A DNA stretch of 58,854 nt from positions 1 through 58,854 of the forward strand of contig DASVVU010000350.1 in NCBI GenBank assembly GCA_036386395.1. The letters run 5' to 3'. Numbering within the stretch: the first letter of the stretch is position 1; each line of letters begins with the position of its first letter. Positions 1-8,267 of this stretch are shown here, piece by piece. The position numbers and the translations under genes are program-made. The DNA comes from Beijerinckiaceae bacterium (GTDB lineage: Bacteria; Pseudomonadota; Alphaproteobacteria; Rhizobiales; Beijerinckiaceae). The notes under the pieces were generated by a model, which saw nothing but the letters and a program-made list of their open reading frames with translations, was not told the DNA's origin and did no database searches.

Positions 1-585
1 CCGATCAACCAGCTCCTCGTCACCGGCGGGGTGCTGTTCTTCCTCCAGGCCGCCGCCACCATGGCCTTCGGCATCGAGTTCCGGAACATCGGCATCCGCC
101 TCGGCTCGGTCACCCTGTGGGACATGTCCTTCGCGTGGTCGCGCATTCTGACCTTCGCGGTCGCGCTCGCCGGGATGCTGGCCCTGTGGCTCTTCCTCGC
201 CCGCACCTACATGGGCACGGCGATCCGGGCGATCGCGCAGGACCGCGGGATCATGCCGCTCATGGGGGTCGACGCCCGCAAGGTCTATCTCGTCACCTCC
301 GCGATCGGCGGCGGGCTCGCCGGGTTGGCCGCGGCCCTCATGGTGCTGCAGTACGACATCTACCCGCAGATCGGCCTCCAGTTCGGGCCGCTGATCTTCA
401 TGATCTGCGTGCTCGGCGGCCTCGGCAACATGCTCGGCGGCTTCGCCGCCGCCTTCATCATCAGCCAGTTCATCGCGGTCGGCGGCTCGTGCTTCGCGAC
501 CGAGTGGGGCTACGCCATTGCCTTCCTGTTCTTCATGGTGATGGTCTTTATCCGCCCGCAAGGGCTGTTCGCGAGGCGGGCATGA
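1..585 (+). CDS. Branched-chain amino acid ABC transporter permease, LivH-like (5'-truncated by window edge)
   Basis: Hydrophobic ORF with G(T)AIRAIAQD...LMGVD and VLGGLGN motifs; frame open from the window start. Confidence 0.85.
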   Translation, partial: PINQLLVTGGVLFFLQAAATMAFGIEFRNIGIRLGSVTLWDMSFAWSRILTFAVALAGMLALWLFLARTYMGTAIRAIAQDRGIMPLMGVDARKVYLVTSAIGGGLAGLAAALMVLQYDIYPQIGLQFGPLIFMICVLGGLGNMLGGFAAAFIISQFIAVGGSCFATEWGYAIAFLFFMVMVFIRPQGLFARRA

Positions 586-1664
586 TCCGCCTTTCGCCCG
601 CGGCGCTCGCCGGCCTCGCGGTCTTGATCCTGCTGCCGTTCCTGGTGCGCCTGCTCTTTCCGGCCTCCGAAAAGTACTACCTGCACCTCCTGATCCAGAT
701 TCTCTTGTGGGCCTTCATCTACACCGGCTGGTCGCTCATGGGCCGCTTCGGCCTGACCTCGCTGGGCCACGGCGCCTTCACCGGCATCGGCGCCTACGCG
801 GTCGTGCTGCTATGGAATTTTTTTGGGCTCACCCCGTGGCTCGGCATCCCGGTCGGCGTCGCGCTTGCCGTCGCGATGGCGCTCCTCGTCGGCTACCCGT
901 GCTTCCGGCTGCGCATCACCGGCCACTACTTCGCCCTGATGACGCTGGCGCTGACCGAGTTCGTGCGCCTGTGCATCGTGGGCCTGCGCGACTGGACCGG
1001 CGGCTCGCTCGGCACGCAGCCGCGGCGCCACGGCGACGGGCTCTCCCTCTACGCCATGCAGTTCGAGCCCGACCGGATGCTGTCCTACTACATCGCCCTC
1101 GGGCTGTGGGCCTTCGGAATCTATATGTGGCTCCGGGTCGACTGCAGCATGGACCGCTATGCGCTCGACGCCGCGAGCGAGGACGAGGACGCGGCCGCCT
1201 CCGTCGGCATCGACGTGACGCGCGAGAAGCTCAAGGTGACCGGCCTCTCGGCCGCGCTCTGCGCGCTCGGCGGCGCGATCTACGGCCAGTACCAGATGTA
1301 CATCGGCCCCGACACCATCGCCGGCCTCGGCGTCTCCCTCAACATCGTCTTCGCCGTGATCGCGGGCGGCCTGTGGACGCCCCTCGGGCCGACCGTAGGG
1401 GCCGTGTTCACGCAGGTCCTGTCCGAGACTCTGCGGGTCGGCATCCAGGGCTCGACCTTCCTGAAAAGCTGGCTCGGCTCCGCGGCGCTCGCCCTCGACA
1501 CCGCGGTCTACGGCCTGCTCCTGATCCTGTTCATCATCTACATGCCGAAGGGGATCCTCGGCACGATCCTCGAGCGGCGCCGCCGCCGCGGAATTGACCG
1601 CCGTCCGGAGAAGCTTGAGATTGGCGGCCAAGAAACTCGGAAACTTGCCGGAGGATCGCCATGA
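582..1664 (+). CDS. Branched-chain amino acid ABC transporter permease, LivM-like
   Basis: ATG at 582 overlaps upstream stop; SLGHGAF, LRITGHYFALMTLAL, EDEDAAASVGID motifs. Confidence 0.85.
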   Translation: MIRLSPAALAGLAVLILLPFLVRLLFPASEKYYLHLLIQILLWAFIYTGWSLMGRFGLTSLGHGAFTGIGAYAVVLLWNFFGLTPWLGIPVGVALAVAMALLVGYPCFRLRITGHYFALMTLALTEFVRLCIVGLRDWTGGSLGTQPRRHGDGLSLYAMQFEPDRMLSYYIALGLWAFGIYMWLRVDCSMDRYALDAASEDEDAAASVGIDVTREKLKVTGLSAALCALGGAIYGQYQMYIGPDTIAGLGVSLNIVFAVIAGGLWTPLGPTVGAVFTQVLSETLRVGIQGSTFLKSWLGSAALALDTAVYGLLLILFIIYMPKGILGTILERRRRRGIDRRPEKLEIGGQETRKLAGGSP

Positions 1665-2683
1665 GGCTGTGCGCCCTGATTTTTGCCGCCGTCGCGACCG
1701 TCGTCCTCGCCGGCGGGGCACAGGCGCAAGGGACGGTCGTGGTCTACTGCGGCGTGCAGGAGGAGTGGTGCCGCGCCGCGGTGACGGCCTTCGAGCGCGA
1801 GACCGGCATCAAGGTGGCGATGACCCGCAAGAGCGCGGGCGAGGTCTACGCCCAGCTCAAGGCCGAGGCGGCGAACCCCCGCGCCGACATCTGGTGGGGC
1901 GGCACCGGCGACCCGCACATGCAGGCCGCCGAGGAGGGCCTGACCGAGGAGTACAAGTCCCCGAAGCTCGCCGAGCTGCACGACTGGGCGGTGCGGCAGT
2001 GGGAGCAATCCAAAGGGCGGACCGTGGGCATCTACTCCGGCGCGCTCGGCTTCGGCTACAACACCAAGGAGATCGCAGCCAAGAAAATCGCCGAGCCGAA
2101 GTGCTGGGCCGATCTTCTGGACCCGAAGCTCAAGGACGAAGTCCAGGTCGCCGACCCGAACTCCTCGGGCACCGCCTACACGCTGCTCGCGACCATGGTC
2201 CAGCTCATGGGCGAGGAGCCGGGCTTCGACTATCTCAAGAAGCTGCACAAGAACGTCAATCAGTACACGAAGAGCGGCGCCGCACCCGCGAAAGCCGCGG
2301 CGCTCGGCGAGACCGCGGTCGGCATCGTCTTCATGCACGACCTGATGACCATGGTGGTCGACGGCGCCCCCATGAAGGTGGTCGCGCCGTGCGAGGGCAC
2401 CGGCTACGAGATCGGCTCCATGTCCCTCGTCAAGGGCGCCCGCAACGCCGAGAACGCCCGCAAGTGGTACGATTGGGCCCTCACCCCCGCGGCCCAGGCC
2501 ATCGGCGCCCAGGTGAAAAACTTCCAGGTGCCTGCGAACAAGAGCGCGCCGATCCCCAAGGAGGCGCCGAAGCTCGAGGAGATCAAGCTCATCGCCTTCG
2601 ACTTCGCCAAGTACGGCTCCTCCGACGAGCGCCGCCGGCTCCTCTCCCGCTGGGACCGCGAGGTGAAGAGCGCGCCGAAGTAG
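1661..2683 (+). CDS. ABC transporter substrate-binding protein (Fe3+/AfuA-like family)
   Basis: Signal peptide; NPRADIWWGG, CWADLLDP, DPNSSGTAY motifs. Confidence 0.85.
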   Translation: MRLCALIFAAVATVVLAGGAQAQGTVVVYCGVQEEWCRAAVTAFERETGIKVAMTRKSAGEVYAQLKAEAANPRADIWWGGTGDPHMQAAEEGLTEEYKSPKLAELHDWAVRQWEQSKGRTVGIYSGALGFGYNTKEIAAKKIAEPKCWADLLDPKLKDEVQVADPNSSGTAYTLLATMVQLMGEEPGFDYLKKLHKNVNQYTKSGAAPAKAAALGETAVGIVFMHDLMTMVVDGAPMKVVAPCEGTGYEIGSMSLVKGARNAENARKWYDWALTPAAQAIGAQVKNFQVPANKSAPIPKEAPKLEEIKLIAFDFAKYGSSDERRRLLSRWDREVKSAPK

Positions 2684-2712
2684 TTCCGTCGTGATCGGAT
2701 GGGCAGCGCGCC

Positions 2713-2774
2713 GCGGCCCACCTCTCCCGGAGGGAGAGGTCGAGTCGCGCCGGAGGGCGCGACCGGGTGAGGGG
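2713..2774. repeat. Palindromic intergenic repeat, family C (CCTCTCCC-n-GGGAGAGG), partial copy
   Basis: 2713-2747 is identical to 29571-29605; two consecutive hairpins. Confidence 0.8.
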
Positions 2775-2803
2775 TTACGGCGGTTGCGGCGGAGCCCGCA
2801 CTC

Positions 2804-4993
2804 ATGACCCGCGCGGCCCGCGCGTGCGTGGCGCTCGCCTGGATCGGCTATGCGATCCTGCCCTGGTATCTCGTCACCGATCTCGCTGGCTATCCGTTCG
2901 GAGAAGCCGGAAGTGGGTTGGCACTTGGCTTAGCCGGCCGATGGTGGCTCCTCCCGTCCCTCGTCCCGCTCGCCCTTGCGACCCTTCCGCTCCTCGCCCG
3001 CGCCACGCGCGAGAGAACGGCTCGCGCGATGATCCTCGCCGGGACTCTCGGCCTTGTGTGGCTCGTCCTCGAGGGCTTCGCCATCGGCCTCAACGGCTGG
3101 ACCGCGCCGTGGCTGGCAAAAATCTTCAGCGCTCCGGGGCCGCGGCAGGGCGGGATGGGGTTCGGGGCGGCGCTGACCGCGCTCTCCTTCCTGATGCTCC
3201 TGTCGCACGGCCTCGCGGCCCGGGCCTGGTGCCGGGGCGACGCCTTCGTGGTCTCGGCCATCGCCCTCGTCGTGGCCCTCATCGCGGTGTTCGTGTTCTT
3301 CCCCGTGACCACGATCCTGGCGAGCGCGTTCCAGGACAACGCCGGCAACCTCTCGGCCGCGGCGTTCGCGGAAAAGTTCTTCGACCAGTCCGTTTGGGGG
3401 CTCGACTGCCTCACCTCCGGCCTTCGCTGCGGCGTCGCCTGGAACACCCTCTTCTTGGCCGTGCTGGTCGGTGTCGGCACCACGGCGCTCGGCCTCGCCT
3501 TCGCCCTGATCGCGACCCGCACGGATTTCCGCCACAAGGGCGTGCTGCGGGCCCTCACCGTGCTGCCGATCATCACGCCGCCGTTCGTGATCGGGCTCGC
3601 CCTCATCCTCCTGTTCGGCCGCTCGGGCGCGGTCTCTGCGCTCCTGTCCGAGTGGTTCGGCGTGCCGCGCTCGCGCTGGATCTACGGCCTGCCGGGCATC
3701 CTCATCGCCCAGCTCCTCGCCTTCACGCCGATCGCCTTCCTGGTGCTCGTCGGCGTCGTGCAGGGCATTAGCCCGTCCCTGGAGGAGGCGTCCCAAACGC
3801 TCCGAGCGAAGGGCTGGACCACGTTCCGCACCGTGTCGCTGCCGCTCATGCGCCCGGGCCTCGCCAACGCCTTCCTCCTCGGCTTCGTCGAGAGCCTCGC
3901 CGACTTTGGCAACCCGCTCGTGCTCGGCGGCAATTTCGAGGTCCTCTCCACGAAGATCTTCTTCGCGGTGGTCGGCGCCGCGCACGACCAGGGCCGCGCC
4001 GCCGTGCTCTCGATCGTGCTCCTCGGGTTCACGCTCGCGGCCTTCTTCGTGCAGCACGCCTGGCTCGGAAAGCGCGTCTACACGACCGTGACCGGCAAGG
4101 GCGACTCAGGGCTACCGCTCCGGCTGCCGCGCGGCATCGCCTGGCTCGCCTACGGCGTCGCGATCCCGTGGGCAGCCTTCACCTTCGCGGTCTACGCCAT
4201 CATCCTGGTCGGCGGCTTCGTGCGCTCCATGGGACGCGACTACACGCCGACCCTCGAGCATTTCCTCACCGGCTTCCGCATCGAGCAGGGGGCCTTCGGC
4301 CTGCACTTCTCGGGCAGCGCCTGGAACTCCTTCACCGCGACCCTGAAGGTCGCGGCGCTCGCGGCCCCGCTCACCGCCGCCGTGGGACTGCTCACGGCCT
4401 ATCTCCTGACGCGCCAGACCTTCACGGGGCGGCGCGCCTTCGAGTTCGGCACCATGCTGAGCTTCGCGATCCCCGGCACGGTCGTCGGCGTGTCCTACAT
4501 CCTCGCCTTCAACGTGCCGCCGATCGAGATCACCGGCACGGCCTTCATCCTCGTGATGTGCTTCGTGTTCCGCAACATGCCGGTCGCCGTGCGCTCCGGC
4601 ATCGCGACCCTCGCCCAGATCGACAGGAGCCTCGACGAGGCGTCGCTGACGCTCGGCGCACGCTCCTTCGCGACGGTGCGCCGGGTGATCCTGCCGCTCC
4701 TGCGGCCCGCCGTCGTGGCCTCCCTCGTCTACAGCTTCGTGCGCGCCATGACGGCGGTGAGCGCCGTCATTTTCCTGGTCACGGCCGAGTACAACATGGC
4801 GACGACCTACATCGTCGGCCGCGTCGAGGCCGGCGAGTTCGGCCTCGCCATCGCCTACTCGTCGGTGCTGATCGTGGTGATGCTCCTCGCCATCCTCCTG
4901 ATCCAGCTCCTCGTCGGCGAGCGGCGCCTCGGCCGCCGCAGCGCCACCGTCGTCGCTCCCGTCGGCAACGTCGCCGCGGTGGCGGCCGGCTGA
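2804..4993 (+). CDS. Iron/AfuB-type ABC transporter permease with two membrane domains
   Basis: 729-aa polytopic protein with two EAA loops (LEEASQTLRA, LDEASLTLGA). Confidence 0.9.
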   Translation: MTRAARACVALAWIGYAILPWYLVTDLAGYPFGEAGSGLALGLAGRWWLLPSLVPLALATLPLLARATRERTARAMILAGTLGLVWLVLEGFAIGLNGWTAPWLAKIFSAPGPRQGGMGFGAALTALSFLMLLSHGLAARAWCRGDAFVVSAIALVVALIAVFVFFPVTTILASAFQDNAGNLSAAAFAEKFFDQSVWGLDCLTSGLRCGVAWNTLFLAVLVGVGTTALGLAFALIATRTDFRHKGVLRALTVLPIITPPFVIGLALILLFGRSGAVSALLSEWFGVPRSRWIYGLPGILIAQLLAFTPIAFLVLVGVVQGISPSLEEASQTLRAKGWTTFRTVSLPLMRPGLANAFLLGFVESLADFGNPLVLGGNFEVLSTKIFFAVVGAAHDQGRAAVLSIVLLGFTLAAFFVQHAWLGKRVYTTVTGKGDSGLPLRLPRGIAWLAYGVAIPWAAFTFAVYAIILVGGFVRSMGRDYTPTLEHFLTGFRIEQGAFGLHFSGSAWNSFTATLKVAALAAPLTAAVGLLTAYLLTRQTFTGRRAFEFGTMLSFAIPGTVVGVSYILAFNVPPIEITGTAFILVMCFVFRNMPVAVRSGIATLAQIDRSLDEASLTLGARSFATVRRVILPLLRPAVVASLVYSFVRAMTAVSAVIFLVTAEYNMATTYIVGRVEAGEFGLAIAYSSVLIVVMLLAILLIQLLVGERRLGRRSATVVAPVGNVAAVAAG

Positions 4994-5018
4994 TCTTGTC
5001 TCCCATTCGAGGCCCGCA

Positions 5019-6044
5019 ATGAAAAAAGCTCTCCTTATCGCCGCCGCCCTGATCGCTCTCGCAGCCCCGCAGGCGCTGCGCGCGCAAGCGCCGCTCACGG
5101 TCTACTGCTCGATCCTGGAGGAGCAGTGCCGCGTCGGCGTCGCGGCTTTCGAGCGCGCCACGGGCATCAAGGTTTCGATGGTCCGCAAGAGCACCGGCGA
5201 GACCTACGCCCAGATCAAGGCGGAAGCCTCGAACCCCCGCGCCGACGTGTGGTGGGGCGGGCCGGGGGACCCGCATTTCCAGGCCGCCGAGGAAGGGCTC
5301 CTCGACGAGTACAAGTCACCCATGCTCGCCGAGCTGCACGACTGGGCGATCCGGCACGCCGAGCAATCGAGGTGGCGCACCGCCGGCATCTACCTCGGGG
5401 CGCTCGGCATCGGCTATAACACTAAGGTGCTCGGCGAGCGCGGCGTCCCGGAGCCGAAGTGCTGGGCCGACCTCCTCGACCCGCGCTTCAGGGATGAGGT
5501 GCAGGTCTCGGACCCGAACTCCGCCGGCACAGCCTACGTGCTCCTCGCTTCCCTCGTCCAGCTCATGGGCGAGGACGAGGCCTTCGCGTACCTCAAGCGC
5601 CTGCACCGGAACGTCAACCAGTACACCAAGAGCGGCGCCGCGCCCGTCAAGGCGACGGCGCTCGGCGAGACCGGCGTCGGCCTCGCCTTCATGCACGACA
5701 TGGTGACGATGATCGTCGAGGGCGCGCCGGTGAAGACGGTGGCGCCCTGCGAGGGCACGGGCTACGAGACGGGCTCGGTGTCGCTGGTGAAGGGGGGCAA
5801 GAACCCGGCCGAGGCGCGCCGCTTCTACGATTGGGCCCTCTCGGCCGAGGCCCAGACCCTCGTCGGCGCGAACCTGAAAATCTACTCCATTCCCTCGAAC
5901 AAGGGCGCCGCGGTGTCGCCGCAGGCGCCGAAGCTCGCCGAGATGAAGCTCATCGCCTACGACGCCGCGAAGTACGGCTCCTCCGCCGAGCGCGTGCGGC
6001 TGCTCCGCAAGTGGGACGCCGAGGTGAAGTCGCAGCCGAAATGA
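5019..6044 (+). CDS. ABC transporter substrate-binding protein, paralog of 1661..2683
   Basis: Signal peptide; shares long blocks with the first SBP (NPRADVWWGG, NVNQYTKSGAAP, PCEGTGYE). Confidence 0.85.
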   Translation: MKKALLIAAALIALAAPQALRAQAPLTVYCSILEEQCRVGVAAFERATGIKVSMVRKSTGETYAQIKAEASNPRADVWWGGPGDPHFQAAEEGLLDEYKSPMLAELHDWAIRHAEQSRWRTAGIYLGALGIGYNTKVLGERGVPEPKCWADLLDPRFRDEVQVSDPNSAGTAYVLLASLVQLMGEDEAFAYLKRLHRNVNQYTKSGAAPVKATALGETGVGLAFMHDMVTMIVEGAPVKTVAPCEGTGYETGSVSLVKGGKNPAEARRFYDWALSAEAQTLVGANLKIYSIPSNKGAAVSPQAPKLAEMKLIAYDAAKYGSSAERVRLLRKWDAEVKSQPK

Positions 6045-7096
6045 CGAAGACCCCGTCCTCCGTCGAGTTCCACGCCGTCACGAAGCGCTACGGCACGGTG
6101 ACGGCCGTCGACGCCGTGTCGTTCGCGATCGCCCCCGGCACCCTCGTGACGCTCCTCGGCCCCTCCGGCTGCGGCAAGACCACGACGCTACGCCTCATCG
6201 CCGGCCTGGAGATCGCGAGCGAGGGGCAGATCCTCATCGGCGGCGAGGACGTGACGTCGCGCTCGGCCGCCGAGCGCGACGTCAGCATGGTGTTCCAGAG
6301 CTACGCCCTCTTCCCGCACATGACGGTGCTGGAGAACGTCGCCTACGGCCCGACCGTGCAGGGTCTGCCGAAGAAGCAGGCCCAGGCGATGGCCGCGGAA
6401 AAACTCGCGCTCGTGGGGCTGTCCGGCCTGGAGAAGCGCTCGCCCTCCGAGCTCTCCGGCGGGCAGCAGCAGCGCGTCGCCGTGGCGCGGGCGCTCGTGC
6501 TCGAGCCGAAGGTCCTGCTCTTCGACGAACCGCTCTCGAATCTCGACGCGAAGCTGCGCCGGCGGGTGCGCGAGGACATCCGCGAGCTGCAGCAGAAGCT
6601 CGACCTCACGGTCGCCTACGTGACCCACGACCAGGAGGAGGCGCTCGCGGTCTCGGACCGCATCATCGTGATGTCGAACGCCCGCATCGCCCAGGTCGGC
6701 ACGCCCCGCGAGCTCTACGAGGAGCCGTCGAGCCTGTTCGTCGCCGACTTCATCGGCGACGCCAATCTTTTGGACGCCGAGGTGGTGGAGGAGCGCGGCG
6801 AGCGCGCCCTCGTGCGGCTCGGCCCGCTCGCCCTCGACCTTCCTCGCCGGGGCGCGAGCCGCGGGCCGGTAAAAGTAGCGGTGCGCCCGGACGCCGTAAC
6901 GATCGGGGCCTCGGGGAACGACGCGGCGCTCGACGCCCGCGTCGCGAAGGCCTCCTATCTCGGCCGCCACATCGAGTACACGCTCGCGACGCCGCTCGGC
7001 GACCTCTTCGTCGTCGACCGCCGCACGCGCACGCCGCTCCCCACCGGCACAGAGGTCACGATCGCCTTTGCCGAGGTCACGGTGGTGCCGATCTGA
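6041..7096 (+). CDS. ABC transporter ATP-binding protein (FbpC/PotA family)
   Basis: Walker A GPSGCGKT, LSGGQQQR signature, LLFDEP Walker B; ATGA overlap with the SBP gene. Confidence 0.92.
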   Translation: MTKTPSSVEFHAVTKRYGTVTAVDAVSFAIAPGTLVTLLGPSGCGKTTTLRLIAGLEIASEGQILIGGEDVTSRSAAERDVSMVFQSYALFPHMTVLENVAYGPTVQGLPKKQAQAMAAEKLALVGLSGLEKRSPSELSGGQQQRVAVARALVLEPKVLLFDEPLSNLDAKLRRRVREDIRELQQKLDLTVAYVTHDQEEALAVSDRIIVMSNARIAQVGTPRELYEEPSSLFVADFIGDANLLDAEVVEERGERALVRLGPLALDLPRRGASRGPVKVAVRPDAVTIGASGNDAALDARVAKASYLGRHIEYTLATPLGDLFVVDRRTRTPLPTGTEVTIAFAEVTVVPI

Positions 7097-7129
7097 GCCG
7101 GCTGTGCCGAAAGAGACCTCCACGACGGA

Positions 7130-7550
7130 GAAGCAGGCGCGCCAAATCCCCCCGGGGCTCCAGGGCGGGTCAGTCCGGCGATGTCAAAGAGCGAGGGAGA
7201 GGCGCCGAGGAACCGGCTCCAGGTCTGCAGAAGAAAGGAGCCGGTTCCCCGGCGCCCCACGGATCTCTCGCTTCCCCCTCTCGAGGGTCGCGATCTCAAC
7301 CGCTCCGAGCCCCACGGCTTGAGAGTCCCGTTGCCGGAACCCTAGCGCATCCGCGCGCCCGGCTCGTAGTGGCCGGGGGGTGGGCCTCGTCGGGCTTTCC
7401 CTCTCCGGCGCTTTCGCACCTTCAAGAGAAGCCCTGGATCGGAGCGGCCGCCCGAGTCGGACGCCACCGTGCGCCCGCCGCAGGACCGCCTCCCCTCCGC
7501 CTGCGTGATCCGGTGTACACGGCGGGTCCCTCGTCGGAGGGGAGTAGGCG
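7130..7550 (-). ncRNA. Candidate large structured non-coding RNA downstream of a LexA-box promoter (family not recognised; ends approximate)
   Basis: No credible ORF; stems at 7486-7551, 7407-7420 (GAAA loop), 7358-7377, 7322-7343 (GCAA loop), 7274-7287, 7201-7256; long-range complementary pairs; promoter immediately upstream. Confidence 0.6.
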
Positions 7551-7552
7551 GA

Positions 7553-7581
7553 CGAATAGAACATAATAGGAACATTGTCAA
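7553..7581 (-). promoter_or_regulatory. sigma70-type promoter with overlapping LexA (SOS) box
   Basis: Minus strand TTGACA (7581-7576), 17-nt spacer, TATTCG; spacer contains GTTC-N7-GTTC (plus strand GAAC-ATAATAG-GAAC, 7559-7573), the alphaproteobacterial LexA consensus. Confidence 0.8.
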
Positions 7582-7626
7582 GGGCATCCTCTGCCTCACC
7601 CTCATGCCGGTTTGAGAATTACCCAT

Positions 7627-8262
7627 TCAGCCCGCATGCAGCAGCAGCGCGCCCCTGCCCTCCTCCACGAAATCAGCCTCGACCAGGTAGCGCAACGGCC
7701 CCGCGGTCCTCGCGTCGAGGGGCCAGCAGGTGGTGAGGACGAGGCGGCGGCCATCCGCCAGCGGATCGATGCCGGAGGCGTCCCAGGGCGCCACCCTGGT
7801 CCCGGTCACGCGGAAGCGCATCGCGGCGCCGTCGCGGCGGGTGACGCGCAGCTCGTCGCCGACTCTGACATCGGCCAGGAACGCGAAATGGGTGTCCCGG
7901 TGGGCGGCGTAGACCGCCGTGCCGGGCTCGCCGGCCTCGGGCGTGCGCGCGAGGTGTCCCGGCCCGAAGGCGAGGGCCTGGCCGCTGCCGCCATGGAGGA
8001 CGACGGCGCCCTTGCCGAGCCGCGGCGCCTCGATGCGGGCGACCGGCCAGGTGTCGGCCCAGGACCAGGGCTTCACGTCCTGTCCGGTCCGCAGAGTCTC
8101 GGCGAAGGCGCGCTCCAGGAGCACCTGGGCAAGGAGCGCCTTCGCATGGATCCACAGGCCCTGTCCGCACAAGGTCAGGCCGAGGCCTGCGAGGAGCGCG
8201 GCGGCCGGGAGGACCGGCCGCCGCACCATCCCCGACACTCCTAGGCGCAGCGTCGAGGACAT
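7627..8262 (-). CDS. Class GN (proteobacterial) sortase
   Basis: N-terminal anchor, KPWSWADTWPVARI, LAFGPGH, catalytic His (AAHRDTHF), LTTCWP Cys and downstream Arg (LRY). Confidence 0.88.
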   Translation of the reverse strand: MSSTLRLGVSGMVRRPVLPAAALLAGLGLTLCGQGLWIHAKALLAQVLLERAFAETLRTGQDVKPWSWADTWPVARIEAPRLGKGAVVLHGGSGQALAFGPGHLARTPEAGEPGTAVYAAHRDTHFAFLADVRVGDELRVTRRDGAAMRFRVTGTRVAPWDASGIDPLADGRRLVLTTCWPLDARTAGPLRYLVEADFVEEGRGALLLHAG

Positions 8263-8267
8263 TGCCT

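Noticed and set aside
7337-7365. GAGCCG...GGUUC segment resembling group II intron domain V
   Set aside because: Too short, conflicts with two better-supported flanking hairpins, and there is no intron-encoded RT or recognisable splice boundaries; not called.
7184-7564. 126-aa minus-strand ORF (MFYSSAYSP...) and other short ORFs over the 7.1-7.6 kb tract
   Set aside because: Start codon lies inside the promoter spacer/LexA box, no RBS, and low-complexity Arg/Pro/Ala translation; structured RNA explains the region better.
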